Shown piece by piece: positions 11,021 through 23,170 of a stretch of 64,000 bases of DNA. A program made the position numbers and the translations under genes. The stretch is from Octopus vulgaris (lineage: Eukaryota): positions 18,848,001 through 18,912,000 of the forward strand of contig OX597837.1 of assembly GCA_951406725.2 (NCBI GenBank). The letters run 5' to 3'. The notes under the pieces are model-generated. The model was not told the origin of the DNA. It made no database searches and saw only the letters and a list, made by a program, of their open reading frames with translations. The stretch's first letter is position 1, and the number at the start of each line of letters is the position of its first letter.

Positions 11021-11949
11021 CATATATATATTTATAATGTATGTATGTAACTTTTTAGGCTAATGGGTATATGTCAATTGGTGTGTTGAGTAAAGCATGT
11101 TCACAGTTTGGACTGCCTGGTGTCATCCACAGTTGGAGTATATATCTGCTGAATCAACATCAGGAACTCCACAATGTTAGCTGAGATAATGGTAACTGAT
11201 GAAGGAAACAGAAGATAGATTTAGCACTAGCCTTTATTCAGTTCAATGATTGTTTTGACCCATCCTGCAACTGTCCGTTATGGATTTGATTTTGTGCATC
11301 TAATAGTGTTGCATCAATCTGTGCAGTTTGTATCTCATCAGGTATATTTGGCGGGACATCCCCTTTTTTATGTATTTAGATGCATATACATAGGAGAAAT
11401 TACAATAAACACAAGTCTGTATCATTTGTTCCCGTGTACATTTCACCATTGTGGTTGTTTGAAGCTCTGCATTGGATATTCTAGATGCAATTTGATGTTT
11501 AACCACAATGGACCTCTCTAAGTAAATACAATAAAGTGTTCCCCAGTGATCTGTTGTGGTTAAGTATCCAATTGTTCTTGAAACATCAAATGCACAGTTC
11601 CAAACAACACAAGGGTGAAATGTATGTAGGAATAGATTATATAAGCTGGTGCTTATTATAATTTCTTCTACATTTGCTCTGTATATCACAACTAGCATAC
11701 TGCTAAGTATAGTAGTAGCTTAACCACTATACTGGAAGCCGACTGGACAATGGTAATCTACATGGAGCTCTAAACTTAATGGTAACTGTCGTACATCTAT
11801 TTCTACACATAAAATACACTATGTATATACATATATGTGTGTGTATATTTTTCCAAAGAATTGTTTCATCATGTACTACTTTTCTTATGTTTTAAATTTA
11901 CCTCCCACCATACGGACATAACATTTGCACTCAATATCTAAGGAAAGTG

Positions 11950-12420
11950 TTTGAAATAGCATCTGATTTAATCCTCCATTCTCATTAAATGTTGAATCTA
12001 ACGTGGCAAAATTTTCTTAGACTTTATAAATAAACGATTCCCTGTTAACCAGCATTACAAAAAAAAATTTTAACAGAAATGACACAAAGGAAGTTATTGT
12101 TGTATCGTCAATAGGAAAAACTAAACGACAATGTAACGCAACTAAACCAACAAAACTAATTTGCACACTCTTTAAGCTTGTCCTGAAATACTAAAGCAAT
12201 GATATGGATCAAAGATTTCTTCTGAAAAAATTAAACTCAGAGACAGAGCATAAAAATTATGCTGAAACCTTGATGGATAAATTTAAAATATGATAATGTC
12301 ACTGTACAGAAAAATAGAAAAATACATTTTCTTCAGTAATTAACAATTTCTGTAAGTATTTAAATATCTTAAGAAGGTAATTCATCTTGATTAATGAATA
12401 AGTAAAAACAGAATTACTAT
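11950..12420 (+). mobile_element. Degenerate Penelope-like element fragment (RT-endonuclease linker)
   Basis: Frameshifted translation FNPPFSLNVESNVAK..FLRL..NKRFPVNQHYKK.FNRN..SYCC resembles the recalled PLE motif WFNPPYSxNVxTNIGxxFLxLIDKHFP..KIFNR..KISYSCM. Confidence 0.65.
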
Positions 12421-12651
12421 GCGCCCTCAACTGTTTTCTTGATGCAGCTGCAGGCAGAAGTTGATATCCCTATTTTACTTTCAATTGTTGGTGCTAAAAC
12501 CATTCTTGGTTGTTCATTTGATGACTGCTACCAGAAGACACCTCTTCTGCTGTATGAAACTACAATTAATGTTGACCATAATTATTATAACAAAATAAAT
12601 ATATCACCTTTCTATACATAATTGAGTTCACTTGTTTATGAGAGTACATTT

Positions 12652-12683
<32 letters not shown>

Positions 12684-15600
12684 ATGTATATATATATATA
12701 CACACACATGTTATATATACGAATATGTATGTCTGTGTGTAAGCAATAAAACTACTTGTTTTAATTGTGTATGTGACTTGTGGTTGAGTGTTTGGCTAAG
12801 TATATGTGTTTGCATACACACATTACTGTATATGTATGTGTACTCGTGGTTGTTTATATATTTCTTCCCCCTTGTACACTCTTACAAACCTCCACCCACA
12901 CACCCTCCCAGTGTCTCTGTCCCCTATCACTACCACTCGCTTCATACCCTGAGGTGCTATCTGAATACATTATCTCCACTACATTTCTCTTTAGAGATAT
13001 TACTGACTCATCCTCACTCTCTCCCTTAAATATGTGTAACCTGGTATACCTCTTCAACAAGCTCTAGCTCTACCCTAACCTCTCTTCTCTTACACTTTAA
13101 CCCCCCATAAGGATGCACTCCCAACTCCCTTCACAGGATTTGCAGACTTGCAAGCTGCATGGTGGGTGATCTCAACAGTGTTGGTGACATGAAAGAAGTA
13201 CCCAGTAGAGTGGTTGGTGTTAAGAAGGGCATCTAGTTGTAGAAATCATGCCAAGGCAAACACTGGAACATGGTGTAGTCTTTAGACCCATGGGATCCTT
13301 GTCAAACTGTCCAGCATAGAACATGGATGTTGAATGATGATGATGATGATGATTGTATTTGCTGGCATATAAGATACACTTTTTTTTTTCATTTTTAAAT
13401 GTATTCAAAAATTGCCTTGCATCTAATATGACCATTTTACAGATAGGAAACCAAGCATCATAGGCTAGAAATCTAGGTGAGCATAAGCCTGCAAGGTACA
13501 ATAATTGTTACTTCTAATAAGATATCAAAAGCAAGCAAATATATATCATAGTCTGTTAGCACAAAATTTATCTTTTTCCACAAAATATACTTGTAAAATA
13601 TGAGTGCATCTTATTCATTAGCAAATACAGCATTTGTTTTTGTATGTATGTAAAGTTTGTGTGTGTATGCATGCATACATTTGTTTGTGGGTATTTATAT
13701 GTATATCTGTTTATTGTTGTGCTAAATTAAGTTTAAGCAACATCTCTTTTCTCTTTCAATATTTTATTTCATCTTTGTTCCTGATAAAGGACAGGTGTCT
13801 GAATCATTGAATTTTCCTCTCTTCTTTTCTGTGTAAAAATTATTTTCCATGTAGTCTTGTTGTCTTTTATTTCTAAAACATTTTTTCAGATATGTTTATT
13901 TACCTATATGTTTGTGCATATTTTTGTATATGTATAGGTGCAAGCATGGCTGTGTGATTAAGAAGCTTGCTTTGAGTTCAGTTACATGATATTTGAGTTC
14001 AGTTGCACGATGTTCAGCAAGTGCATTCTACAATAGCCTCTTGCTGAGAAATGTCTTGTGAATGAAATTTGGTTGATGGAAACTGCAGAATTCAATCCTG
14101 TGACAGGAAGAGCATCATGCTTTAAAATCTGACATGAAATTGTCCCCAATCAACACATACAAACACAAGAAAATGGACATTGAATGAATGAAAGAATAAT
14201 TGCCAATATTGTCAGAGTATAGGCTAAAATACCTTGTGATATTTTGTTCTGATTCTTTATACTCTGAGTTCAAATTCTACTAAGGTCAACTTTGATGTTC
14301 ATCCCTTCAGGGTTGATAAAATAAAGTAGCAGTCTCGAGCAGTGGATTGGAAGGATTGTTTGAATGTGAGATGAGATGCCTAGTGGTATTTTGTCCAGCA
14401 TTTTGTGTTCTGAGTTTCTTGGTTGGTAAACTCACTCCTTCACCTGGTCCTTGGGTGCTTCAAGCAGAGTCTAATGCAAGCGTTCAGCCCATGTCTCCAA
14501 TTTGGGGATAACATCCTCCTACCAGTCTCAGAGAACCAGAATAACAGGGATACAATTGTTACCCTCCCCCACCTAACTATAGCTGTAAAAAATATTTTAA
14601 AAAAAAGACTCAAACAGGCACAGGTGTGACTGTGTGGTAAGAAGTTTTCATCCTAGTCATGCAGTCTTGGGTTCAGTCCCTCTGCATATCACCTTCTACT
14701 ACAGACCAAAGTGACCAAAACCATGTGAGTATATTTGGTAGGCAAAAACTGAAAGAAGCTGGTTTTTTGTGTGTGTATGTATGTATATACTATGTTTGTG
14801 TTTGTCCTTCATGACCAATGTTGGTTTGATTTTGTCCCCATAGCTTAGGAGTTTGGCAAAAGGGACTGATAGCATAAGTACCAGGTTTAAAAAAGTAAGT
14901 GCTGAGGTTGATTCATTCAAATAAAAATTTGTCAAATAAAAATTCGCCTTATATTATATAGTTCTGCTGAGCGAGACATGTCGCAAGATTCACAAACAAC
15001 AGGTTGGACTGTGCAGATAGAGAGTGGTAGCCAAGAGATTGGAAAAGGCAACTAAGAAGGGATCTCTACAGTGATTGGAAGACAATTTAGTAAAATAATT
15101 TGGGCCAAGATGGCTGAGAATGGTGCAATCAAGAAAGAATGGGAAGCACATTGTGACCAATAGTGTATAAGAACTTCTGAAAGTTTAGTCAATACAAGTG
15201 ATAAATCTTTTACTTGTTTCAGTCCCTTCCCTGAAACTGTTGGCCTTGTGCCTAAATTTGAAACCAGCATTACACAGACTTCAGTGTTATATATCTGTCA
15301 ACTACTAACTAACCAGAATAGATTAAAACTCATTAAAATGAAATATTTCCAGAAAAGAAAATCAAAGAGGTTAGTGGTGGAAGGAGGGGTTTAAATTGAA
15401 ATTCATTATTTCAGTCATTGGTCTATGGCCATGCTGAGGCACTGTTTTGAAAGATTTAGCTAAACAAATCAACCCCAGGTACTTATTTTTAAGCCTGATA
15501 CTTTTTCAAGTGGTTCCTTTTTGCCAAACTACTAGATTACAGGGAGGTAAACAAACCAACTTTGGTTGTCAAGCAGTGGTGGGGCTCAAACTCAAAGGCA

Positions 15601-17015
15601 CACAGTTGTATACATATATCCAGGGTGGACTTAAAATCTGGAGACAGGTGAAAATGCTTATTTTCAATAATTCTTTTCAACAACATAAAATGAATAACAC
15701 TTTCAACAATGGACTTGTCCAAGACACTGTGTGTTTTATCCTTCATCTTTTTACTTGTTTTAGTCATTAGACTGCTGCCAAGCTGGGGCACCACCTTAAA
15801 GAATGTTTGGTCGAATGAATTGACCCCAGAACTTATTCTCTTCTTTAAGCTTGGTACTCATTCTATTCGTCACTTTTACCAAACTGCTAAATTACAAGAA
15901 ACACACCAGCAGTGGTGGGGACAAACACACTCACACATATGTATGTATATATGACAGGCTTCTTTCAGTGTCTGTCTACCAAATCCACTCACAAGGCTTT
16001 AGCTCAAGACAATTACCCAAAGTTTCATGAAGTGGGACTGAACTAGGAAGCATGTGGTTGGGAATCAAGCTTGTTACCATAGTCACATCCTAGAAGAGAG
16101 GAAAATTCTAGAAAGTCAGGAGGTATGAGATGAATATGTTTATTTCACCAGTTGATATCCATAAGATTATGATCTACATTACACTCTTATGTATTGGTTT
16201 ACTTTGTGGTTTATAACCTGGTCCACTAAAGAAGCTTTTTTGTGATTACCACTTTGCTAACTTGTGTAGTTTTGTTGAACAACTGTTGTCATATGTAGGA
16301 CAAATCTGGTTTTCAGCTAAGTCCGTCATGAAGATTGCTCTACCAACATTTTTTGACCAAGAAGGACAGGCAATTTTCTTTTGTTTAGCAACCATGGAAA
16401 AAGAAATTGTATACTGTACAAGATTGAACGAACTGAATTAAAACAATGCTCCCTTTGGTCAAGCCATCAAGTTCTTAAAGTTTGACTTGAAGAAGGAGGT
16501 ATTGCCTTCTATTGAATTTGCAGAAAGGTGGGTGGGAGTGGTGTGAATGGCTTGGAGGTGAGCCTGTTCTCATCATGTGCTTTTGGGGCAGACTGCCTGA
16601 CACTGGCCAGATTTGAAATTAGAATGTAAAGGTATGTAACAACTGAAATGTACAAATAATATTTAGTCATAACATAGGCTATAGATTTGAACAGTGGCTG
16701 CAGTTAATGATACTGATGTCTCCAAGAAGGATAAAAGGCAGAGTTGTCTCTGGGATGGTTTGAACTCACAACTTAAAGGGATACATTAAAATTGCAGAAA
16801 TTTACAAATGATTTATAAATGATAATTATTTTATGTATTTTGCTACAAAGTGTAGGGTATGGTAGTTGGTATAACTCCTTTATATACCCCTCTAGTACTT
16901 GACTGGTATATAATGTGATTGATTCCTGAAGAATGGAAAGAAAAGGCTGATTCAGCAGGATTTGAGCCCAGAAAGTCAAGGGATGTAACTAAACACCAAC
17001 AACTATAAATAAAAA

Positions 17016-17021
17016 TTTATT
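17016..17021 (-). promoter_or_regulatory. Candidate polyadenylation signal (AATAAA) of the STIP1-like gene
   Basis: tttatt on + strand about 950 bp beyond the stop codon, at the end of a largely SINE-free stretch. The motif is common in AT-rich DNA. Confidence 0.3.
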
Positions 17022-17969
17022 TATACAGTTGTATTTATCATAAATCTGTTATAGTGTTCTATAATTTTCAATTAGAGACCTAAAAACCATGTTTGAGGAG
17101 TGGAGTCATATAGTGGTGATAAGTGAGAGATGTTAACTCAAGATTGTGAGGAGAAAGGGAGATGTTATAGTGATATGTGTGAAATACTCCCTGGTCCAGT
17201 GATGTGTAAAATATAGCCAAACAGCTGCTACAAAGTACTCCTTGATCCAGTTTTGTGTGGAATGTATTTAGTCAGTGCTGATGCAATGTTGTACAATGAA
17301 GTACTCCTTGATCAATTGTTTTGTAGAATATGTTGATTCACAATAAAGTGCTACAACTCCATCCAATGTTGTAAGGTACTGCTTGAAATAATATTGTGAA
17401 GTCCTCTACAATCTCATCTTAGGAAGAATTTCCTTTAATGTGGAGTTCTGAGATATATTTTAATCCAGTAGAATATGCATGTGATATGTGTATCAATCTA
17501 GTATTGTAAAATAATCCTTTTAGTTTGGCATTGTGTGGATATTAGCATTCCATAAACCAGTTGTGAGACATGATTTTCACTGATTCTTCTTCTCCAGCTT
17601 CTGTCTTCTGAATCTTTGGTATTTTGGTGACAAATACTGTGTTAAACTCACCAAAATATACATGGATAACTCTATTATGGACAAGAACATGTTTGCTAAA
17701 CAATCTTTTTCACATTATTTTCTGAAAATATAACCAAGCATTTTATGAATATGAACTGAAGATTTCATACAAAATCAGTGAATCCTTACAATAAAAAAGG
17801 CGGGGAGAAGAAGGGTCAAAGCAGGGATAAGCAGGAGGATAAGAAAGAGAAAAAATGGCAAGTGAATTTCCAGTTTGATGTAAGAAGAATAGCAGAGAAA
17901 GGGGAGGAGGTAATTATTAATTATTGATGTAATTATTACCAGTAATATTAATACCAAAAAATTGTTACT

Positions 17970-18977
17970 TTAACATTCCTCTCCCATTACTGGATCAATT
18001 GTGAGTAAACCACATGCAATCAGTTTGTCAATCTTTTTGCGTATTTCTGGATCTTTCATATACATTGCCATAGAGTTTGGATTATTTTGCATGTCATAAA
18101 GTATTTTGCTTATTTCTGGTTCACTTAGAATGGCTCTCAATTCAGGGTTTCTCTGTATACGCCTTTGGACAACCTCTGGAGCAGTTGTGTCCAGTCCAGC
18201 TTCTTCAGAACTGATCTTGTATCCTTTTAAAGCTTCCTCACAGTTACTGTCAATATCTAAGGCCTTTTCATATTCTAGATGGGCTTTTGAAAAGGCCCTC
18301 ATCTTCCGAAATAGCTTGCCCTTGATAAGATAGGCTTGAATGTATGTAGGATCAATCCTAGAACAGGATTCTGCATCTTGCAATGATAGTGTATACTCTT
18401 GCATCTTCAGGTAGCAGAGAGCTCGGTTGTAATGTCGTCTGACATCGTTAGGACTTCTCTTAATTGCCTCAGTATAATGATTGAGAGCGTTGTTGTAATC
18501 TTTCTCTTTGAAACACTGGTTTCCTTTTTGATTTTCTTCTTCAGAAATATCAAAATTGATGTAAGCATTTTTGTGTTGTTCTTCGAGGTCCAGTTCCATC
18601 TTCTGAGCAATTTTTATCACTGCAGGATTTCTGTCTTCTATAATAGAATAGTCATAAAACTTCAGGGAATTCTCTAAATCGTTCAGTTTTTCATATGCTT
18701 TAGCCAAACGGTAATATGTTTTTGCTAAAGTTTTTCTATCAACCTTATTTTTGGGGTCCAACTTCAAAGCATTTTTGCAAAGTTCTACACATTCCTGGTA
18801 TTTTCCTTGATCAAGAAACACTGCTGCCTTGTTATTAATTACTGTTATATTATTAGGATCATACTCCAAAGCAATCTCATAATGTTTCAGAGCTTCATCA
18901 AAATTCTTTGCCTTGTATTCATCATTACCTTTAATTTTTTCTTCATCACACAATCTGCTCTGTTCTTTGTTATCCAT
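17970..18977 (-). CDS. STIP1/HOP (Hsp70-Hsp90 organising protein)-like protein, 335 aa, TPR2A-TPR2B-DP2 only, uninterrupted CDS
   Basis: Intact ORF. TPR motifs EKIKGNDEYK..FDEALKHY, NNKAAVF, LAKTYYR, AYINFDISEEENQKGNQCFK, YTEAIKR, plus a DP2/STI1-like end (NPELRAILSEP...DPEIRKKIDKLIACGLL). Collinear with human STIP1 from about residue 216 onward. Probably a paralogue rather than the orthologue, so no symbol is given. Confidence 0.92.
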   Translation of the reverse strand: MDNKEQSRLCDEEKIKGNDEYKAKNFDEALKHYEIALEYDPNNITVINNKAAVFLDQGKYQECVELCKNALKLDPKNKVDRKTLAKTYYRLAKAYEKLNDLENSLKFYDYSIIEDRNPAVIKIAQKMELDLEEQHKNAYINFDISEEENQKGNQCFKEKDYNNALNHYTEAIKRSPNDVRRHYNRALCYLKMQEYTLSLQDAESCSRIDPTYIQAYLIKGKLFRKMRAFSKAHLEYEKALDIDSNCEEALKGYKISSEEAGLDTTAPEVVQRRIQRNPELRAILSEPEISKILYDMQNNPNSMAMYMKDPEIRKKIDKLIACGLLTIDPVMGEEC

Positions 18978-19077
18978 TGTTCAGAGATGAAGGGTTTTCC
19001 TCCAAATTAAACAAACTCAAATGAACATGAAAGTCATTGGAAGGTTATTCCAATAAAAATTTACATCTGAAGTCAGT

Positions 19078-19090
19078 CTGTGAAGAAACA
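19078..19090 (-). other. Candidate splice acceptor of a 5'-UTR intron, 100 nt upstream of the STIP1-like ATG
   Basis: Minus strand reads atgtttcttcacag|actgac. Confidence 0.45.
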
Positions 19091-20949
19091 TATAATATAT
19101 TTATCAGTTTGAAGACATTAAGTAGAATATTTTGCTTTTAACACATGAAGATGACTATTACTGAGCTGTATTGAATTTTTGGTGTGAAAAACACCTCAAT
19201 AACTCCAGCAGAATAATTTAACAACCAATCAACAAAATTATTTCATTCACTAGTTGGTTTTACCTCATAATATAGCTAGATAGCATTAATGATTGCAAAC
19301 TGTAGCCTGCAGCAGACTGGGGTGGGGGTCAATGAAACACACAATTTGTTGCTATGGCAAGGTTAAGTCCACGTAATGAGATTTCTCTAGATTAATGTTG
19401 AGTAAAGAAGAGAAATAGGGTTGAGTGTGGGCAGATTAGTGAAATCCACAATTAGGCTAATAGCATTTAATGTGCCAGGGATTTAACTTAATACAATACT
19501 TCAGTTGTATGCGCATTTCAGTATTATACATTATTCACTAATATACATACTTCAATATTATACACACTTCAAAGGCAGTGAGCTGACGGAATCGTTAGTA
19601 CACTGGGTAAAATGATCAATGGAATTTCATCTGTCTTTACGTTCTGAGTTCAAATTTCACCAAGGTCAACTTTGCTTCTATCCTTTTGAGGTCAACAAAA
19701 TAGTACCAGTTGAGCACTGGAGTGAATACCACTCTTGGATACCACTCAATAACTGCACAGACTCACCTGTTGTCTGCGAATCTTGTGACATGTCTGGCCA
19801 GCAGAATTATATATATAGTCTGGTGTAGTCTTAGGCCTGGCCAGTTCATGTCAAACTGTCCTATCCATGCCAGCATGAAAAACAGACATTAAATGATGGT
19901 GATGATGATATATATATATACACACACACACGCGCGTGCACACACACACACACCATATTCACATATCTTAATATATCTTTTATCATTTACTTGTTTCAGT
20001 CATTGGACTGTGGCCATGCTGGGGTGATGCCCTGAAGGGTTTTAGTTGAATAACTTGACCCCAGTACTATTTTTTAAAGCCTGGTACTTATTCTATTGGT
20101 CTCTTTTGCTGAACTGCTAAACTGTGGGGATGAAAATTGCTGGTCTTGTGCCAAAATTTGAAGCCAATATTATACACACTTCAGTATTATACATACTTCA
20201 ATATAATACATACTTTGCCTGTAACTGTGTGGTAAGAAACTCGCTTCCCAACAATATGGTTCTGGGTTCAGTCCCATTGTATGTCACCTTGGGCAAGTGT
20301 CTTCTACTATAGCCTTGGACTTACCAAAGCTTTGTCAGTGGATTTGGTAGATAGAAACTGAGAGAAGCCTGTTGTATATGTATGTGTATGTGTATGTGTG
20401 TGGACAAGGGGGTTTATTTTGTGAATGAGGAAAACTAGACCGACATACATTGAAAGTATCTACCTTCTTATGACTATCCTTCACACCCAATGAGTAGTAT
20501 TGATTCAATTATTTCTTTAGACAAACTCATATTCAATTTGTGAAAGAAAAAAAAGCAAGAATATGACTGATGTTTTCCATGTATCCAAACTTTATAGTTA
20601 CCCTTCTATATATGATGAGCATCTTCCAGTTTCCACCTACCAACCATACAGGAATTTAAATTTCAAATTTTCATTGAAATTTCAGTCTAAGTTAATTTTA
20701 AAGCATTTTTTGGTTTCTATAGATTTTCAACATCCTAGTGAACTGAGTATTAAAAATAAAAATTAAAAAACATAGATAATTATAGGTGCAGCATTGGTAT
20801 GTTCATGTTCCTGTAATAGTGTCATTGGCACAAACAACAGAAAAAGAAATAGAATTCATGTATTTTGAAAAAAAAAAAAAGTTCAATGCAATCAAGTTTC
20901 TGTCAATGAGATTCTGTTGTGAATTCCATTTAGCATTACACTGTACCAC

Positions 20950-23170
20950 TATATCGATTTGACAGAATTATGCATTTCTTTCTCTTAATCTCTTTCTCAT
21001 CTGACCTTCTAGGTAAGAGAGATGAAGGCATTTAGTTATCCAGAACATGGATCCATAGAAAGGTTATAAACATATAGCTCTTCTGTTAAGAGGGAGATAC
21101 CTTACTTACTAAACTCCTTTAGTACAACTAACCAAACTTTCAACCACACTTTGCTGCTCATTTATGCTTTCCTTCTGCTCAAACTGCAGGCAGAACTGAA
21201 GAGACCATTATTCTCATCCAAACCATGTTTGGGTAAGAATACCAATACTCTATTTTTACACTCAATCATGCTTCATAAAAGTTGCTGGAGAAAAACACTT
21301 CCCTCTCTACCCTTACCACCAAGAGGTAATCCTTTTAGTAGGAAAGAAAATACCCTGTCCTAATCCCTTTCAGACCTGTCCATCTTTCTTCTTAGACACA
21401 TGCAAAGGAAAGGTGTCAGTCCTCCTTGGAAAAAGGAAGGTAGTAAGATGATCTCCACAAGAGAATCAGACAATAGCCAAATCTGTCCAACACATAATAA
21501 CTGTCAACATAATTCCATAAGATAGCAATGGACCAGTGCATGGAAAATGGTTTTACCCTCCCTCCCCACACACATACCACATCTTAGACCAATACAGTTG
21601 TACCTGTAGATAACACTTTAGAACTAAAGTCTTTTAGATATTATCCATAATTCCTATACGGAAAGCCTTACAGAATAGTCTCTGCAGAACATCTTCGATG
21701 ACATTGTAAATATCTTCTCCACTGACCTACTATAGGACATGTGGATTTGGTAGATGTTTAGCGAGGTGAAAAAGATGAATGTGGCCAAGGCCTTGATAAC
21801 ATTATAATCTTCTGGTTTCAAACAATTCATGATAGAGAGCATCAAGAAATATGAAGACAAGTTAAAGTTAACTGCCACATTTATTTCGTCACTAATAGAA
21901 GATACAGCAAACTGGTACACATGACTAATTCTGTCAATAAAAATACGTTGGTTTCTCATGCCACTTGAACATGAAGAAGTGTGCAGGAAAAGCATAAAAC
22001 ATGGCAACAAAAATCTCTGCTGACAATTCTCTCTTCACTGGTATCTCAAAAGAAATTCTTTATTTTTATAGCCATCAGGTGGGCTCAAAACAGACCACAT
22101 GTTTTCTGTGGTGGCCTGAGCTCTAATTAGCATCCAATTAGCATGTACAAGTGGTCAAGTGACCACTTGTAGAAAAACCAATGTAGGAGCCAAAATGGGC
22201 CAAAATGGGCCTATTTAAGTCTAGACAACTAAATAATGAAAATAGCATTCACTGCAGATGCAACATTGTAGATGTCAAATGTCCATCTTTGGTTTCTGCT
22301 CGATCCAGGACTGCAGTTAAGGTAATGAGCTGATGGAAACATGTTGCTGACAAATTATGGCTTCACTTGCTCTTTGTCCTGGAATCTGGCAGATGCTACA
22401 GCATCAGCTAATGCTTGTACACCATCAGCCATGTTATTTCATGACGCTTCTTAGAATAATTCTGGTTGTTGAATCTCTCAACTAAAAGAACATGTCTCTT
22501 TCTCTTGTAACAAAGGATCAAACGTTCCAATCTAGTCAGGTATTGCATGGTGGTAAGGTATGTTGATGAAAAAGTAAATCATGTACCCATTGCTCAACCT
22601 TCCATTGATAACTTCCTCACAGCACATGAACAGGGACAAGGTGAGAACCAGGGTGGCTGACTCAGGGAGTGGGTCAGCCACTGTGGTTCTCACCTTGTCC
22701 CAGTTCATACTTGCATGTTTGAACCAAACTGGACCCCAAGTATTTTAAACATACTTTGAGTTTAGTGACGATCACTAGTTGGTATGACCTCCCTCTGTGC
22801 TGAGTTTCAAGCCAACCAGCTTATCTCAGTTAATCTGCATTACATTTCTATAGCTGAATGCCAATCACATACCTGAAATATCAGGCAACTTGATAGTGAC
22901 ATCAGTTTCTTACATAGGTAGCATGCTCCAATATCTCATATCAAAGGGAATATTCCTCATTACTTCCATATTATGAGTTCATAAGACAAGCAGCACAAAG
23001 AAGGTACTGAAGATACCCAAATGAACACCAATTCATCTCATTAGCTAAATTTACTACAGGTATAAATTTGCACCAAAACATGAATCAACCTAACAAAGTC
23101 CTTTCAACACTCCCTATTAGCTATAAACAGGCCAATCAACTAGGCTCATTAAATTCTGTGAACCTTTTGA
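20950..23170. mobile_element. Highly degenerate element, possibly DIRS-like (tyrosine recombinase)
   Basis: Non-microsatellite, higher-GC block. Minus-strand peptide ..YNVIKALATFIFFTSLNIYQI.. weakly resembles the recombinase H-x-x-R box region. The assignment is tentative. Confidence 0.25.
22626..22708. repeat. 83-nt GC-rich hairpin (39-bp arms, 5-nt loop)
   Basis: atgaacagggacaaggtgagaaccagggtggctgactca-gggag-tgggtcagccactgtggttctcaccttgtcccagttcat. Confidence 0.9.

Noticed and set aside
17970-17990. C-terminal MGEEC as an EEVD mimic or prenylation signal
   Set aside because: It lacks the terminal Asp and does not fit CaaX, CC or CxC patterns.
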